This document shows positions 26,460 through 39,661 of a stretch of DNA of 64,000 bases, piece by piece (within the stretch, counting starts at the first letter, position 1; the number at the start of each line of letters is the position of its first letter). The notes under the pieces were generated by a model. It did no database searches, was not told the origin of the DNA, and saw only the letters and a list, made by a program, of their open reading frames with translations. Source of the stretch: Balanoglossus misakiensis. Lineage: Eukaryota > Animalia > Hemichordata. A program made the translations under genes and the position numbers. The stretch is taken from the NCBI GenBank assembly GCA_040954595.2, contig CM082576.2, positions 7,381,129 to 7,445,128 of the forward strand, given 5' to 3'.

Positions 26460-27239
26460 ATGGCACTCGCAACTATGGCAGGAACCTGGCAGCTGGAATC
26501 CCACGAAAACTTCGAGGCTTTCCTGGATGCCATGGAAGTCCCCGCTCCAGCCAAGGCAAAGGCCCTGGAAGTGAAACCAAAGGCAGAGGTGGCAGTCGAT
26601 GGAAACAACATCACAGTCAAACTTATCGGCCCCGAACGTACTATGGAGCAAGTAATGACGGTAGGTATTTCATTACCAGTACTTATTATCCAAAGACATC
26701 TTCATCCCAGACTAAAATCCCATGTCTTGTGAAACCTCACAGAGAATCCATCCAAGCTATTTTCTATACTCTGGAGATAACAATTCCAACGCATAACTCC
26801 ATCCATTTGGGTAGAAAGGATCCTTCCCCTTGCTACATCGATACCAGATCCATACATCATTGTACGATAAAAGACTTTTTCCACTTTTTCCGCTTTCAAC
26901 ATTGCGTTCAGAGTGCACATATATTTAGGCAAAGGTTCGAGAAATAACACGAATAAAGACAAGCCAATCTTTATAGCTACATATTACTGGGATGATTTTC
27001 AACGAACTCATCACTCTTACCTCCATTTTCAGCTTGGCGAGGTCTTCGAAATGGTCAACCCCGTGACCGGGTCGAAGAAGAAGGGCATCGCTTCTCTGGA
27101 AGGCAACAAGCTTGTGATCAAGCCCGGTGACAACTACCCCAAGGAGCCGCAGTCGTGCTATGAATTGGTCGGAGACAAAATGGTGTGCACTATGTCCGTG
27201 GGCGATGTCAGCTGCAAGCGCATTTTCGGCAAGGCATGA
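26460..27239 (+). CDS. Intracellular fatty acid/lipid-binding protein (FABP family), 135 aa, 2 exons
   Basis: Exons 26460-26660 and 27033-27239. GTWQLESHENFEAFLDAM signature and C-terminal MSVGDVSCKRIF; GC3-rich codons; AATAAA at 27542. Confidence 0.9.
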
Positions 27240-29353
27240 GGAAGGCAATTTTAAAGAAGAACAGACTGCCACAATTTGTGGATTTCTATTTGTAGACAAT
27301 TATTTTTATTAGTTAGACTTTTAAACGGACTTCGCCTTTTTCATGTCTGTATACTCGGTTTAAAAGCTCACTGGAAAGCCGCTAAAACTGAGATACATCC
27401 TTTCTACCCCGGCTAAAGTTCATGCATGGTAATTTCACTCAGTGTGGAATATTATTTTAATTTGTTCGGCGTTGAAAATGTCAACTTTTAAAAGAAAACG
27501 TTGTACAATTGAAGTGGTTTATGTTGGAGTTGCATTTTTTCAATAAAGTTTTGAACCACACTTCGACTTTATCTCGACGTGATCATTGGGTATCTTGTAA
27601 CACGAATGCGTTTTTGTGAGATAGCGTTTGTATTGGTAGAATGATATCATCATCGTCATCAAAAGGCTGAGATTCATTGTGTCGAAATCCGCATGCAAAG
27701 CTAGACAACGGCGAGTTTGGTATGGAACAGCTATCATCATCCGTGGGAGACGCACGAAACGGAGGGATCGTGAAAATTGTCAACATGAATGATCTTATTA
27801 GTTGCATTCCTGGTGGCGTTTATTTACCAACTGGGCAGCAGAGATTCTAAATGCTCTGTTCTCTCATTCTCTGAACCAGATTGCAAGGTGTATGAGTTCA
27901 ATGGATGGCATTTGTGATATGATTGTGATTAGCCCATAGCCAGTACTGTCTATGATTAGACGAGATTCCATTAAAACATAGATAAACGTGCGTGCATGCA
28001 TTCAACCATTCGTTATCCGTCGGCTGGGCGTTAAGTTTTGTAAAACAAAAATAGCCACAGAAACTAATTACTGTTGATATAATTCGTTAAATATTAATAA
28101 TTAGTTCTTAATCACTCGCGATTCGGCATGTTCTTCACCATTACGTAATTACCGACATGTAGAATATTTGACCACCTGTTGCCGAGAAATTTGCGCACTT
28201 GTGAGTGTCCATGCAACTTTTTATTGGAATGTCGTAATGCAATGTAATGGGAGTATATTGGCTGGTACCCTACATCAGTGATTAGCACAATTACCTTAAG
28301 GCTTTTTAATAAAACTTCGCACGGTCATGTCGAGGTTTCGCCCCCGAGAGCGTCGCCATAGCTACCTGATATGGGGACGTCATATAGCCAGTGTATAGCT
28401 GGACCTATCGGTCCGCCGTCGTACATCTGAGATGGAAAGGTGTGGTTATCCCATTCCATGGCCTTATAAATAGGTTGTCATTTTCTTAAAACACAGTCCC
28501 TCAAGAAAGATGGACTGTGCTTAAAAATAATCACAAAATGTGCCCGCAGAGAAGCTATATTCAGTGATACAAGTGTCTTGGTCAATATTATCTCAGCACA
28601 TTACTATGTACTGTTGTTTATACGAGATCAGTGTATTTCGTCTTGCATGTATTCACCTGCACTTCTAACATACAATTTGCATAGTCGCTCTCACTCAGAC
28701 TGCTAGTCTGACCACACAGACCACTACTCTCCAGGAACACATGTTAATCCACACTTTATTCCAGACTGGATATCATTTGGCTGAAAATTGGTTTGTGATT
28801 TTTCCCTCATTTAGATCACTGGCATTTGAAACAAGCCACACACAATCAATCCTCGATGTTCGAGACTCAAATAACGAGATGATACACAATATTACTAAAA
28901 AGGTAAATTTATTACACAACTTGCAAATAAGAGGGTTACATTTAGGAAATTCAATTCAATTACAAAAGAATTGTTGGCTGAGGAGTTTTAGCACCCCCTT
29001 CTCAAATGACCATGCAAGACAGCAACAACCTTTTTGTACTCTTTGGATAGGAGGCAGAAAAGTGAAACGGGAAATTCTGAGGTCTGCTGTATTTTCAGTG
29101 GTCAATTATGTCCGAATGAAAATATATATCTGAAATACCATTCAAAATTTTATTTGTCCATAAAATTTTCCCCCTGCAGAAACTAAAATCACATTTCTGG
29201 AAGTCCCAGAGAAATAAAAAGTTTGACATACGAAAAAATATATTACGGGTCGGACGAAATGCTACAAGAATACAAACTTCAGATGAGCGTATCAAGAAGT
29301 TATACCATCATTGTGAATCGGCTAAAAGACAAAATTGGAGATTTGGAACATCT

Positions 29354-31128
29354 TCATCGTCTTGGAGGTGACCTTGGCGGCCTGTCGTATGGCGGCCTGT
29401 CATATGGACCTCTCTCGTATGGAGCCCTGTCGTACGAAGTTGGTGGCAGTGGTGGTCTTTCATAGCGAGAGCTTCCATATCTGTCGGCAGAGAAAATACA
29501 CATTATGCATCAAGTAAAGAAGTTTCACTACCGTATTGATGACCTGTTGAAACACTGCACAGCTCTACACAATAGAAAAAATGTTGACTTTGCTTACCGA
29601 GATGGTGGTGGTGGATAATCTCTGCCAAAGTCTTGGTAATCCCTGTATTCTCGGGGATAATCCCGTCCGCCCCTTTGAGGGGGTGGTGGTGGAGACCTGT
29701 TTAAAAAAAAGATATTGGTCAAGAAAGGCAAGGTACGATGCACAAACCAATTTTTGCCAGTAGCACAAATTCAAACGATAATCAGGTACGTAGGTTACTA
29801 TCAAAACTTGTTAGCTCATTATTTTTAAACACTTATGACACCGCATCTGATTCTTCACCAGTTGCACACATTTATCATTAACCATTACAAAATAGTGTCT
29901 AAAATATCAGAAAATATAGGACACTAACTGTACCATTTTTGTTTAGAAGTATACACAGCCAGCAACCACTGGGATGCATCACGAGGCAGCTAACTGCACA
30001 TTAACATGGATAGATAATACTTGCGACGCGAGACGAAATACCTAGCTCCACGCTTAAACGGAAGCCGTGCCCGGCGACTAAAATGTGGAAAGCTGACGTT
30101 CGCGCTAGGATCCTCAAGTCGCCATTTCATGTACAACAAACTGATGGGAAGGCGTGTGGATAACACATGTACACATTTGACCATAAAACAACTTTTGATA
30201 ACCTGAGACAGACGACGCACGAATCAGGAATGGTCAGTCATGGCGGAAGTAAATGTGGGGATTTTTGTGACCTGGTGGCTGAAGTGAAGTATGCACCGTT
30301 GTCAGGGCAACACGAAAGTTTTTCTTCCATCGAAAACGTTTATAAACCAAAATGAATGGTTACTTAGTGCGAACAATTTGATGATAATACTGTAAAGATG
30401 TCCGATAAATCGTAGTACCGAAGTTCGCTTAACCGCATGCATAACATGACCAATTGCATGATTTCTTTGACGAAATCAAGGATGTACACTTTGTTGTTGT
30501 TGTTTTATATTGATTTTCAATTTTAATCTGTGCACTTTGTGTTGCCGACTGCCACATTTCACCAGCGACTACAGTGACGTTACCTAGTTGAGGAAACTCC
30601 CTCAACAATGACACTTATGAAGCTCTACCTTCGTCGAACTGGCGATCTACTGCGATATCCTAGTGGAGGCGATGACCGTGATCCCCAGCTACTACCATAA
30701 CCGTCAGACCAACGAGAGCGTGGTTCGTCGTAGCGTGATTCGAAACGACTGTAGTCAGAAGGATAGTCGCGGTATCCCCCTGGCGGTGGTGGTGGAAGCG
30801 GTCCGCGCGATGGTGGCCCACCGTACGGTCTCATCGGCGGCCCCCTGTCCCCCCTTGAGCCACGATCGCGATCACGACCACCTCCACCACGTCCTCTTCC
30901 ACGGGACAACTCCACTCTTACGCGTGACCCGCAGACTGTTTTGCCATCAAGGATGCGAACAGCGCTGTCGGCATCCTTTGGGTTGTCGAACTCGAGGAAT
31001 GCGAAACCAGGAGGATTCCTTGCGATCCATACGTCGATCACTCGTCCACATTTGCTGAACTCCCTTTCTAAATCTTCTTTGCGAACCTCAGGTCGAAGAT
31101 CGCCCACGTAAATACGACTTGCAACCAT
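29354..31128 (-). CDS. SRSF3/SRSF7/Rsf1-like RRM splicing factor; long isoform ~241 aa, short unspliced isoform 167 aa ending at 30625
   Basis: RRM RIYVGDL...[15 protein letters not shown]...RVRVELS. Exons 31128-30629, 29696-29598, 29480-29354 splice in frame and add RDY and YDRPP repeats. Confidence 0.85.
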
Positions 31129-32297
31129 GACTATCGGAGAGCTAGGATCCTGTGCGGAAAAAAACGGAGAGAAATGAAAATAACAGCGCAGCGCTATGTA
31201 GCCATACACTGGATGGTCAGTGGCAGCATATCTCCAGGTTTACCCTAAATCCCTAGTAGTTGCAATGTGCATTGTTGTGCTACTCTGACTGTTGCAGGAC
31301 TTGACAGCTTTATGAGTGAACCTAAGAATATGTTTCTGGCTGGCGACTTTGGGTTAGTATAATACAAAACAACCGTTCATGTACAATTGCGGGTCTACGA
31401 CAGACTTCCGCGGGACCAGTCTCTGCACTCACTGGTAGTGTTCACTGTGCCAAGGAAGAAGTGACAGTGACTATGAGCGGATAGCCCCTCTAGTCTCCAG
31501 GCAAAATCAAGCGAACGATGCCGCGAATCAACGTCGCACTATACTCGTGTGAACAGGACCGACGAGGAAGGGAGGAGGCCTTTTACATGAAACCACAAAA
31601 ACCTGCAAAAAATTGACAAAGCGAAGACGAAACGAGCATTGAGTTCGGAGGATGAAACAAACAACGCGAAGAGTCGTGATTTGCGCGTCCCTTTTCATTC
31701 AAGATCCGCGCTAAGGCATGCTGGGGAACCGAGCACAGCGTCATACAAAATTACGTCCATGCGATCGCGAACGTAGCTTTGGGGAACAAACCTTGCAAAT
31801 GCGTAGCCGGCGAGTTGACGAAGACGCGTGAAGAGAAGGAAGATACGAAGGCAGTTCTTTGTAGCAAGTCGAGTTGATATTACGTCCCCGTCGTCGACTA
31901 CCGGAACCCTTACAACTCTGTTCGTGATGTGGGAACCCCCATGCTCAAATTCAGGGACATGTCCTCCTCGTTGAGAACCGATTTCCGTTGTGCTAAAACA
32001 CGGCAACTTTTAGATTCAAAGAACAAAATGTACATTTTTGAGATATAATTATGCAAAGAATTCTTTATTCATAGATAATCAATAGTTATAAAGGCATAAC
32101 ATTGTCGTATTAAAAGTTGATAAAGCTCTATCGCTGACAGAGGATGCTACTGACCCCTCATCATTTGACCTCTGACCGTAGCGGAAATAAACAAGTACAA
32201 CACCACAGTCTTGTCTGTCGCATTTGCAATTTGGAAGCTAGTAGAACACTGGTTTTCCGAAGTGCTTGGTTTGACATTCCCAGAGTTTAATTACGAC

Positions 32298-33302
32298 ATG
32301 GTTTGTGAAAAATGTAAGTACTGTTACTGTAGTCAGTATGTAATTGTGCGTTTTGTACATGTACAATGGACAGTGTTATTTTGTTGATCATTGGCATGAT
32401 TGAGATCTGATCATGAGGTGAAACACACAATGATGTTATCTCCTGCAGGTCAGAAGAAACTTGGCAAAGTGATAACCCCGGATCCTTGGAAGTCGGGAGC
32501 ACGTAACACAACTGGTATGAACACTTGTCAGCAATCTCTCTGCTTTCATTGGAGGGGGGGGGGGGGCAGAATGGACATAGACCCTGACTGGGCCACCTAA
32601 GCCAGCAAAGGGGTTACAGATAAGAAAGAACTAGTGTTGTAGTACCCAGAGAACACTCACAACAAATGATGTTGAATGATTTGGTGTTTCCTTCTCTTTT
32701 TCAGAGGGAGGAGGAAGAAAAGTTGGTGAAAACAAATTGCTCACATCAAAGAAAGCAAGGTAACTACTGTAGTTCATGTGAAATGAAGGCACTAGAATTC
32801 TGTAGTCAAGCGAGCACAGTGAGTGAGAGCTAATTGATTGCACCATACATGTAGCTGAGTCAATTTTTTGTTCAAGAGTTTTGTTATATTGTTGTGAAGG
32901 ATTTAGTCGTGGAAGATCAAAATTACTGGCCGAGTAATAATATATATTTTCTCACTTAGGTTCACTCCATACATGAAATTTGCAACGTGTCGAATCTGCA
33001 AGCAGTCAGTACATCAAGTGGGGTCACACTACTGCCAGGGTTGTGCATACAAAAAGGGTAAGTGCCAAAACTTGTCCCTTCTAATAACCTTTCCCTGAAG
33101 GATGCACATATATATATGCCACTGCTATTGTCCTTCTGATCGCAGTGCACTGTTAATTGCTGAAATCAAGAGGGTGTGCATCAAATAAAAATACATATAT
33201 CATAAACAATCTTTCCTGGTTTTCTTCTCTGGTGCAGGTATCTGTGCGATGTGCGGCAAGAAGATATTAGCAACAAAAGATTACAAGCAGACATCGGTGT
33301 AA
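32298..33302 (+). CDS. CRIPT: Cysteine-rich PDZ-binding protein
   Basis: Exons 32298-32313, 32449-32514, 32705-32759, 32960-33057, 33238-33302. MVCEKCQKKLGKVITPDPWKSGARNT...CAMCGKK...YKQTSV*. Confidence 0.95.
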
Positions 33303-33932
33303 CTCTGACTTCGTCAATGTTCCAGTACAACAGCGTGTGTGAGAAGATTGTGAAAGACATCACTTAGTCTGATGAACCAAATTAAATTACACAGCCATGA
33401 TATTTTTGTGTTCTCAAACCAAGTCAGTGATGCTGTTCGAGTATGTGTTTTCAGAAGATACCTGTTATTTATTTTCACATTGTCTTCTTTGATACACTCT
33501 ACTACCTGCTTTTAATATTGTCTCCTGGTAGAGCTGTCAATATACTACAGTAGAATTGTTTATAGTTTTGTAAATGTCTTGAGTATTTCAATTACTTTTC
33601 ACAGGTAGGTGCACATCTTGTGTCTGTCATAATTATTTTGTGTGCAACTAATCAACAAAACCTGTATTTTCACTGGAATACTAGTTAATGTTCTTAGTAA
33701 GAAAAAAGTTATAAAGTTCTGGTGAAAATAACATTCAATATTTTACAGACTTTTTAGCTAAGATTTGGTTATGTTGCTTAATATGTCAAAGTTTAAAAAT
33801 GCAATTTATAATATGCACATCAATGTCAGTTTTCCACATTAACTGCTTCTAAATTTGAAAAAAAAGAACATTTAAAAGTCACATGCGACCAAACAACATG
33901 GCCAATCCAAGATGACGACACATTGTTGGTAC

Positions 33933-36346
33933 TTATATCACACCTGGCGCTTGTTCATTCTGTGTTATGACAGACTTGTCACTGTCAAATCCAGGTGATT
34001 CTGTGGTGGGCTGACGTCTTCTCTCCATCACACACTTGACAATGGTGAGCGCCACCAACGTGGCATAGACCAGAAAAGACACCCAAGATGTGATCTAAGA
34101 TTGGAAGAAACGTCATACAAGTTACAATTTGTGACAATATCACTGGTGTGTAATAATAGGGTTATTCATTTTGTGTGTAACCCTATTATAATACATCTTT
34201 CATCATGAAATTTTCGTTTAGCATCATTTTATGGTCAATTTGTAATTACAATGCTTTAAGTTTAATCACAGGTACAGTTTACGGCTTACATTTGGGGGAA
34301 AAAAAATAAAATCAGAAGACATTACCTCACCAATTGTCAAGTAATCATAGAAAGTCGAGCCATCAACGTCACTTTTCTTTTTTCCATGGATATTCCAGTT
34401 AAATGACTGGCCTTCTCTGCAACTGATCATATAAAGGAAAGAAAGCACATAATTTGCTACAATGAATTCACTTGTTAGAGCAACTTCGTTTCTCTCATAA
34501 CATATAGAGGTGCAGTCTATGGTTGGTTGATTGGCTAATATCATATCGAGATTACAAATGCAACCAAAGAAGTGTTCATGTACATCAAATCCACTTTGGT
34601 CAAGTAATAAAAAATAGTGAAATGATATCACATGAATTTTCATAACCATGAATCCTAAACTGAACATTGATCCAAATTTAAATCTGTTTTTTGAAACAAC
34701 TATTTTAGTCATTTTTAAAACACACACACAGACACAAAAATACTATTTCACCTAATGTAAATGATAGTTATCCAAGCCCCTACCTTTTGACATTGGGACC
34801 ATCTTCTATACCACTACACCACTGTAGGAATCCCACACTAACCACACAAGCCTCAATGAATATGATGACTGCAAAAATTGAATTGATCACCAGGCCTGGT
34901 ACGAACCATATGTCTCTGCAGAGGCAATAAAAATGACTGGTCTATGTGTGGAGACTTGGAAAGTTTTCAGTGGCAGTATAGTCATCAGTTCTTGCTCAGA
35001 CAGGAATTTTGCAGTGCTAATGCTTTTAAACAATGACAGCTTATAAACTTACTTGTCATCTCTCTTCACCAGTACATAGATGTGATATATGGCATAAGCC
35101 AAGGAATACAGTGCAGCCAATACTTGAATGCTGACACAGAAAATACACGATGATGCTGATCCTAAATTATATATCGAATTTGTTGCATTTAACCAGTGGT
35201 TTTCACCATACAGCGGACATCCATCAAAATTGTCCTAGATTCACAGTAGTGTAAAGTAATGAAGAAGGGTTACAGCCTGAATGTTGAATCATGGTGAGTC
35301 AATACACTGTTTTATCAGTTACAAAAAGGTTCTAATCTTGTTTTGATATAAAATTCAACACTCTCAAGATTTCTAACTGTACGAGGTAGTGGGGTAGACT
35401 GTAGACTGACCTAATTTCTTTTCATTTAAGTCCACTGCTACACGCACTGAATACCAAAATGTCAATAGTCATACAAAACCACTTGGATATCTCAAGTAAT
35501 TATTTTTGCAGATATCCAATTCAGAATCAGTATTTTCAATTGTGAGATCATATAACATTTTCAACAGGTTCACAGACCATATGGATTTTAAAAAAATTCC
35601 CACGACGAAAAGAAAATGGTCAGTAACCTCTGACCTCAACATTTTTTCAGGCCATTCATGCAAGACTTTGAGTGTCTTTGTATGCCACACTGCTGGATTG
35701 ATTTCCTTTAGAAGTGTTTACTCAGCATTTTCCTATCACCTCTTGTGATAGGCTATGGTTCAATGGTTGATAAAAAAAAAATCTGGGGGAGTTTTTCTAC
35801 TAATTCCTCCAGAAACCCGATGCATGCAGAATGTTTATTGCACTGGGCTATGAAATTTCAAACGTGACAATATTGGTAATTTTACGTTCTATCAACTTTA
35901 ACACAAGCAAGCTGTAAATGCCAAACAGGTGGTTGCACTACATGGAGAGCATATATAACCAGAAATATAACCATTGTTTTCCATGGTAAAGTTGGACCTC
36001 TACAAAGGGAAATTGGGGTAAAAGATTTAAGCCACTCCTTTCTCTTGTACATGTATATCATAGTTCCCTAATTGTCAAACGTTCCAGCATCAGCATTGCA
36101 TGGGGCTATTAATTCCACTACAGACAGTAAAAAATACTGCAAATGTTTGCTAAGAAAACACCCACTCAGACGAGAAACCCATATAGTTTCAAAAATGAGG
36201 AAGTTTTAATATTTTCCCAGTTTATAGACAGTGTCACTTACCCTTGTTACTCCGATTGTTATAGCTGCAGTAAATCCCATAAACACTGCACAAAACAGTA
36301 AAAGTGTTTCTGTCACCATGAAGCCCAATACGCGAACTTCCGCCAT
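33933..36346 (-). CDS. TMEM179B: TMEM179B-like four-pass membrane protein, ~225 aa, 5 exons (absent from the ORF track)
   Basis: Exons 36346-36242, 35234-35053, 34915-34784, 34422-34326, 34094-33933 (678 nt in frame). NFDGCPLYG, conserved Cys pattern and FYDYLTIGEITSW resemble TMEM179B. Confidence 0.7.
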
Positions 36347-37815
36347 TATTATCGTGATTATTCAGAAACCTCATTTACTAGTTTAGACCTACATTTGTAC
36401 TTTTGTGTCAGCGCCCTCATTTGATGATATTTGGACAGTGAAAGTGGAATGCTTCTGTTGGTTTTTAAACATAGATAGCCGATAATGTAATCGGTAAATG
36501 CACATGCATTTTTAAAAACACACGCATATTATATGTGCTCCTGTATTTGAAAAATAAAAACTTGTATCTATTACCGTACGCATTGCATACCAAACCATTT
36601 AAGTTAGGGACTGGTTAGGGCATACAAATTTCAGATCATACTATGTAGCATGGCTTCTACAGCAAATGAAAAAAAATTATTTCAGTTTCTCTACAGAAAG
36701 AGAAATAGATGTTTATTTGCATGACAACAAATACAGACACTAAAAAATCTCAAGATATCCTGATTTATTCTCCTTGTTTCAATTTTTTTTACTGATCTGC
36801 ATGTGGTATACATGACATAGCAAATTCAATCTAGTCCTGTCACATGACAAGTTGACTTCGAACATCAGCTGGTGTATTCCATTGAAACAAACTGCTGTGT
36901 GTTCACCCAAACCGTCTATCAATCCCAAACTATACCGCTGTTACCGCTACATTATTGCACTAGATGAGAAAAGTTTTACATATAAAGGTACATGCATGTA
37001 CACACCATTCTGATAGATTCCCAACACTATAATGAAAGGTGGATTAAAATATGTCAACACAGTTACAACACTCCTGTCTAAAGTGCCTGAGAATACAAGA
37101 TTACGGTTAAAATGAATACATAGCTAAAAAGACATTGGTAAATGAAAACAAAAGTACTCTTGGGAAAAAGGCACTTCAAACTGGAAGACCAAAAGAGTGG
37201 AAGGCAAGAACAGCATTATCCTTCAATTCTAAGGATTTTATCAAGGTCAGAGTCAAGGAAATTTTCTATACTGTAAATGGTCAAAATAACTCAATTTTGC
37301 AAGTGAAAGAGAGATCTACTGCTTTGGTCCATTTGAATATTACCAGTACCTAGAACATGAATATCACAAAGAGTTTCAGCACTCAGGTCTTTTAATACAT
37401 TTAACAATCCAGTCGAAATTAGCAAATTCTTCAGTGTACAAATTAACATGAAATCAAAGAAAATCACAACAGGTGGTAGTAAGGAGTAAATCTCACTTTA
37501 AATAAAAAACTTTTACTTTAAAAACTTCCACCATCAAAGGTAGCAAATAGTAGTCTAACTACAAGAGTCACATTTTGTCATCATAAATATGGCTGTGCTG
37601 TCATAAATCAATCAATTGGCAAATCTATCAGTAGATATCCATTATCCATCCTTCCTTCTCCATCTCTCTCCACTTTCCTGCATATCAGATATCAGACTGA
37701 TGATCATATGTACGTGTACACCTGATGGGTTCCCCCTAAAAGGCACTTTCTCTTGGGCTACAATTAATTTATGACACTGAAACCTCTCAAACACACTGTT
37801 GTGTAGTCTTCCAAC

Positions 37816-39661
37816 CTAGATGATTTCTGACTGGGAGTAATTACCAAACAACCGATCTCTCTCCCTCTGCATGCTTCGTAGAAAGGTCTCATGCTGGGTG
37901 TGTTTCCATAGTTTGATGACGGACATGACCACAACTGCCACCCAGCACACCCAGGACGCCCACATACCAAACTACAGAAAATAAAACAAAAAACAAAAAA
38001 ATAACCATAAACATTATTTATGTGTGTGCTTGTATTTCACTCCTGGTATTAAACTATGTGTCAGTTTGACATACTGTTATAACAGAGTTGGGGTTACCCC
38101 CGGTCATAAAGCAAACTTCTACTAGAGATACATATTCAATACACTTGATTACCTATCTTTTCTACTCCACCAAATGGCAATTTTTCTCGCATTTGGTCAC
38201 ACGCTTATCAGATGTACCTGTGGATTCTGTGAGAGAGGAATTTCAAGAAGTATAGTCCTGACATACCTGTGTGATTCCAAACTGCATGATCAACCCGGAT
38301 GTGTTCAATTTCGGATCAGCACTCCATTCCATGTAATCAGCATCTGAGCACCTATGCAGTAAAAGCAAGTACATGTGCATCATGTAGTCTAATATTACTG
38401 TTGTCATCCAGGTAAACCAAATTCTGGGAGTAAAATATGCTTAAACTATGGTTTTATGCCATGTATAGAATGGCTGTCATGAAGATGTCAGTCTTACTTT
38501 ACAGAAAGAAATGGGGGATAAACGGAAAAGACACAGATCCTCACAATTTCTGTTGTGGCAAAACATACATGTATATGCTATTAGTTGTCAACAAGACTCA
38601 CAAAATTGACATTCCATTGTACCAGCACATGTCTATTAATTATACGCTTTCAACACAAAAGTGAATGTGGGAGATGAAAATAGCATGGTGCTCATCAAAA
38701 ATGTGCTTGTATTTGAGAAGATGTTTCATATCAGTCGTTGTTGGCTGGAAGTCGTATTATTGCATGGCCTCAATGACGAAATTGGCCGCAAGTGGTTGCA
38801 GTAGATACCACACCAACTTGCAGCCTTGTTTCTTCTGGCCCAATCATTGATCCAGTGCAAAAAGGGCTGTCATAGACATGATTCTTGCCATACCTGAGAA
38901 CGTGTGAATCCTTAGAGTAAACCAGCTGTCTACAGAAGAAGTTAAATCCCTGTGAATACACCACACTACCAGCAAATATCATAACAACTATGAATACATT
39001 GACCACCAATGTCAGGAAGGCACCTAGAAAAGAGCTGAAATCAATAAAATATTTTTTTCTGATTAAAAAAAATAAATGAAATTCGCCAATAGTGCAATAA
39101 AACAATTCTCAAAAGATCGTCATAACGTTGGGATTACGCTTCCTGTTTCCGTGTCATGCGAGTTATAAAATCAACAACTGGCTGACTTAATCCATCCATT
39201 GACACGTTGGAAATTATAGTAAAATACATTGTAAAGGAAGCAAACAAGCATACAAGGATGATACAGTACATTTCATGTATTTGTTGTAGTTGGTGGTTTG
39301 CACTGTCGACTGTACACAACAGGTGTGAAGGATCGATTATAAGTGGACAAGCACTTACTCACCTATCAACTTCTCTGCACAAAAATATTGACAGCCTAAC
39401 CGTCAATACAAGTGATACCATCATAGACACGATGCCGATGTAAACCGTGAAATTGCACACACTTCGGTCCCCCCACACATCAATCTGAAAATGCGAAGAC
39501 GATTGGTTGTTCGCATGCCAAGTGCCCGTCGAAAACAGGGCACAATTGCCATCGAAATTCGTCTGGTTGATACCTGCTGGTATGACGATGAAGAAAGACA
39601 GCAGGAAAAGCAAGACGTAGGCAGTCACCTGCGCCAATAACAGGATATTGCCGATACCCAT
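37816..39661 (-). CDS. TMEM179: Transmembrane protein 179, ~226 aa, 4 exons
   Basis: Exons 39661-39363, 39034-38894, 38351-38267, 37971-37816. NILLLAQ, FDGNCALFSTGTW, WGDRSVCNF, QFGITQFGMWASW. Confidence 0.85.

Noticed and set aside
26925-27299. Antisense ORFs over FABP (likewise 30663-31058, 16457-16801, 40584-40991)
   Set aside because: Shadows of GC-rich or repetitive coding exons on the opposite strand, with no independent protein features.
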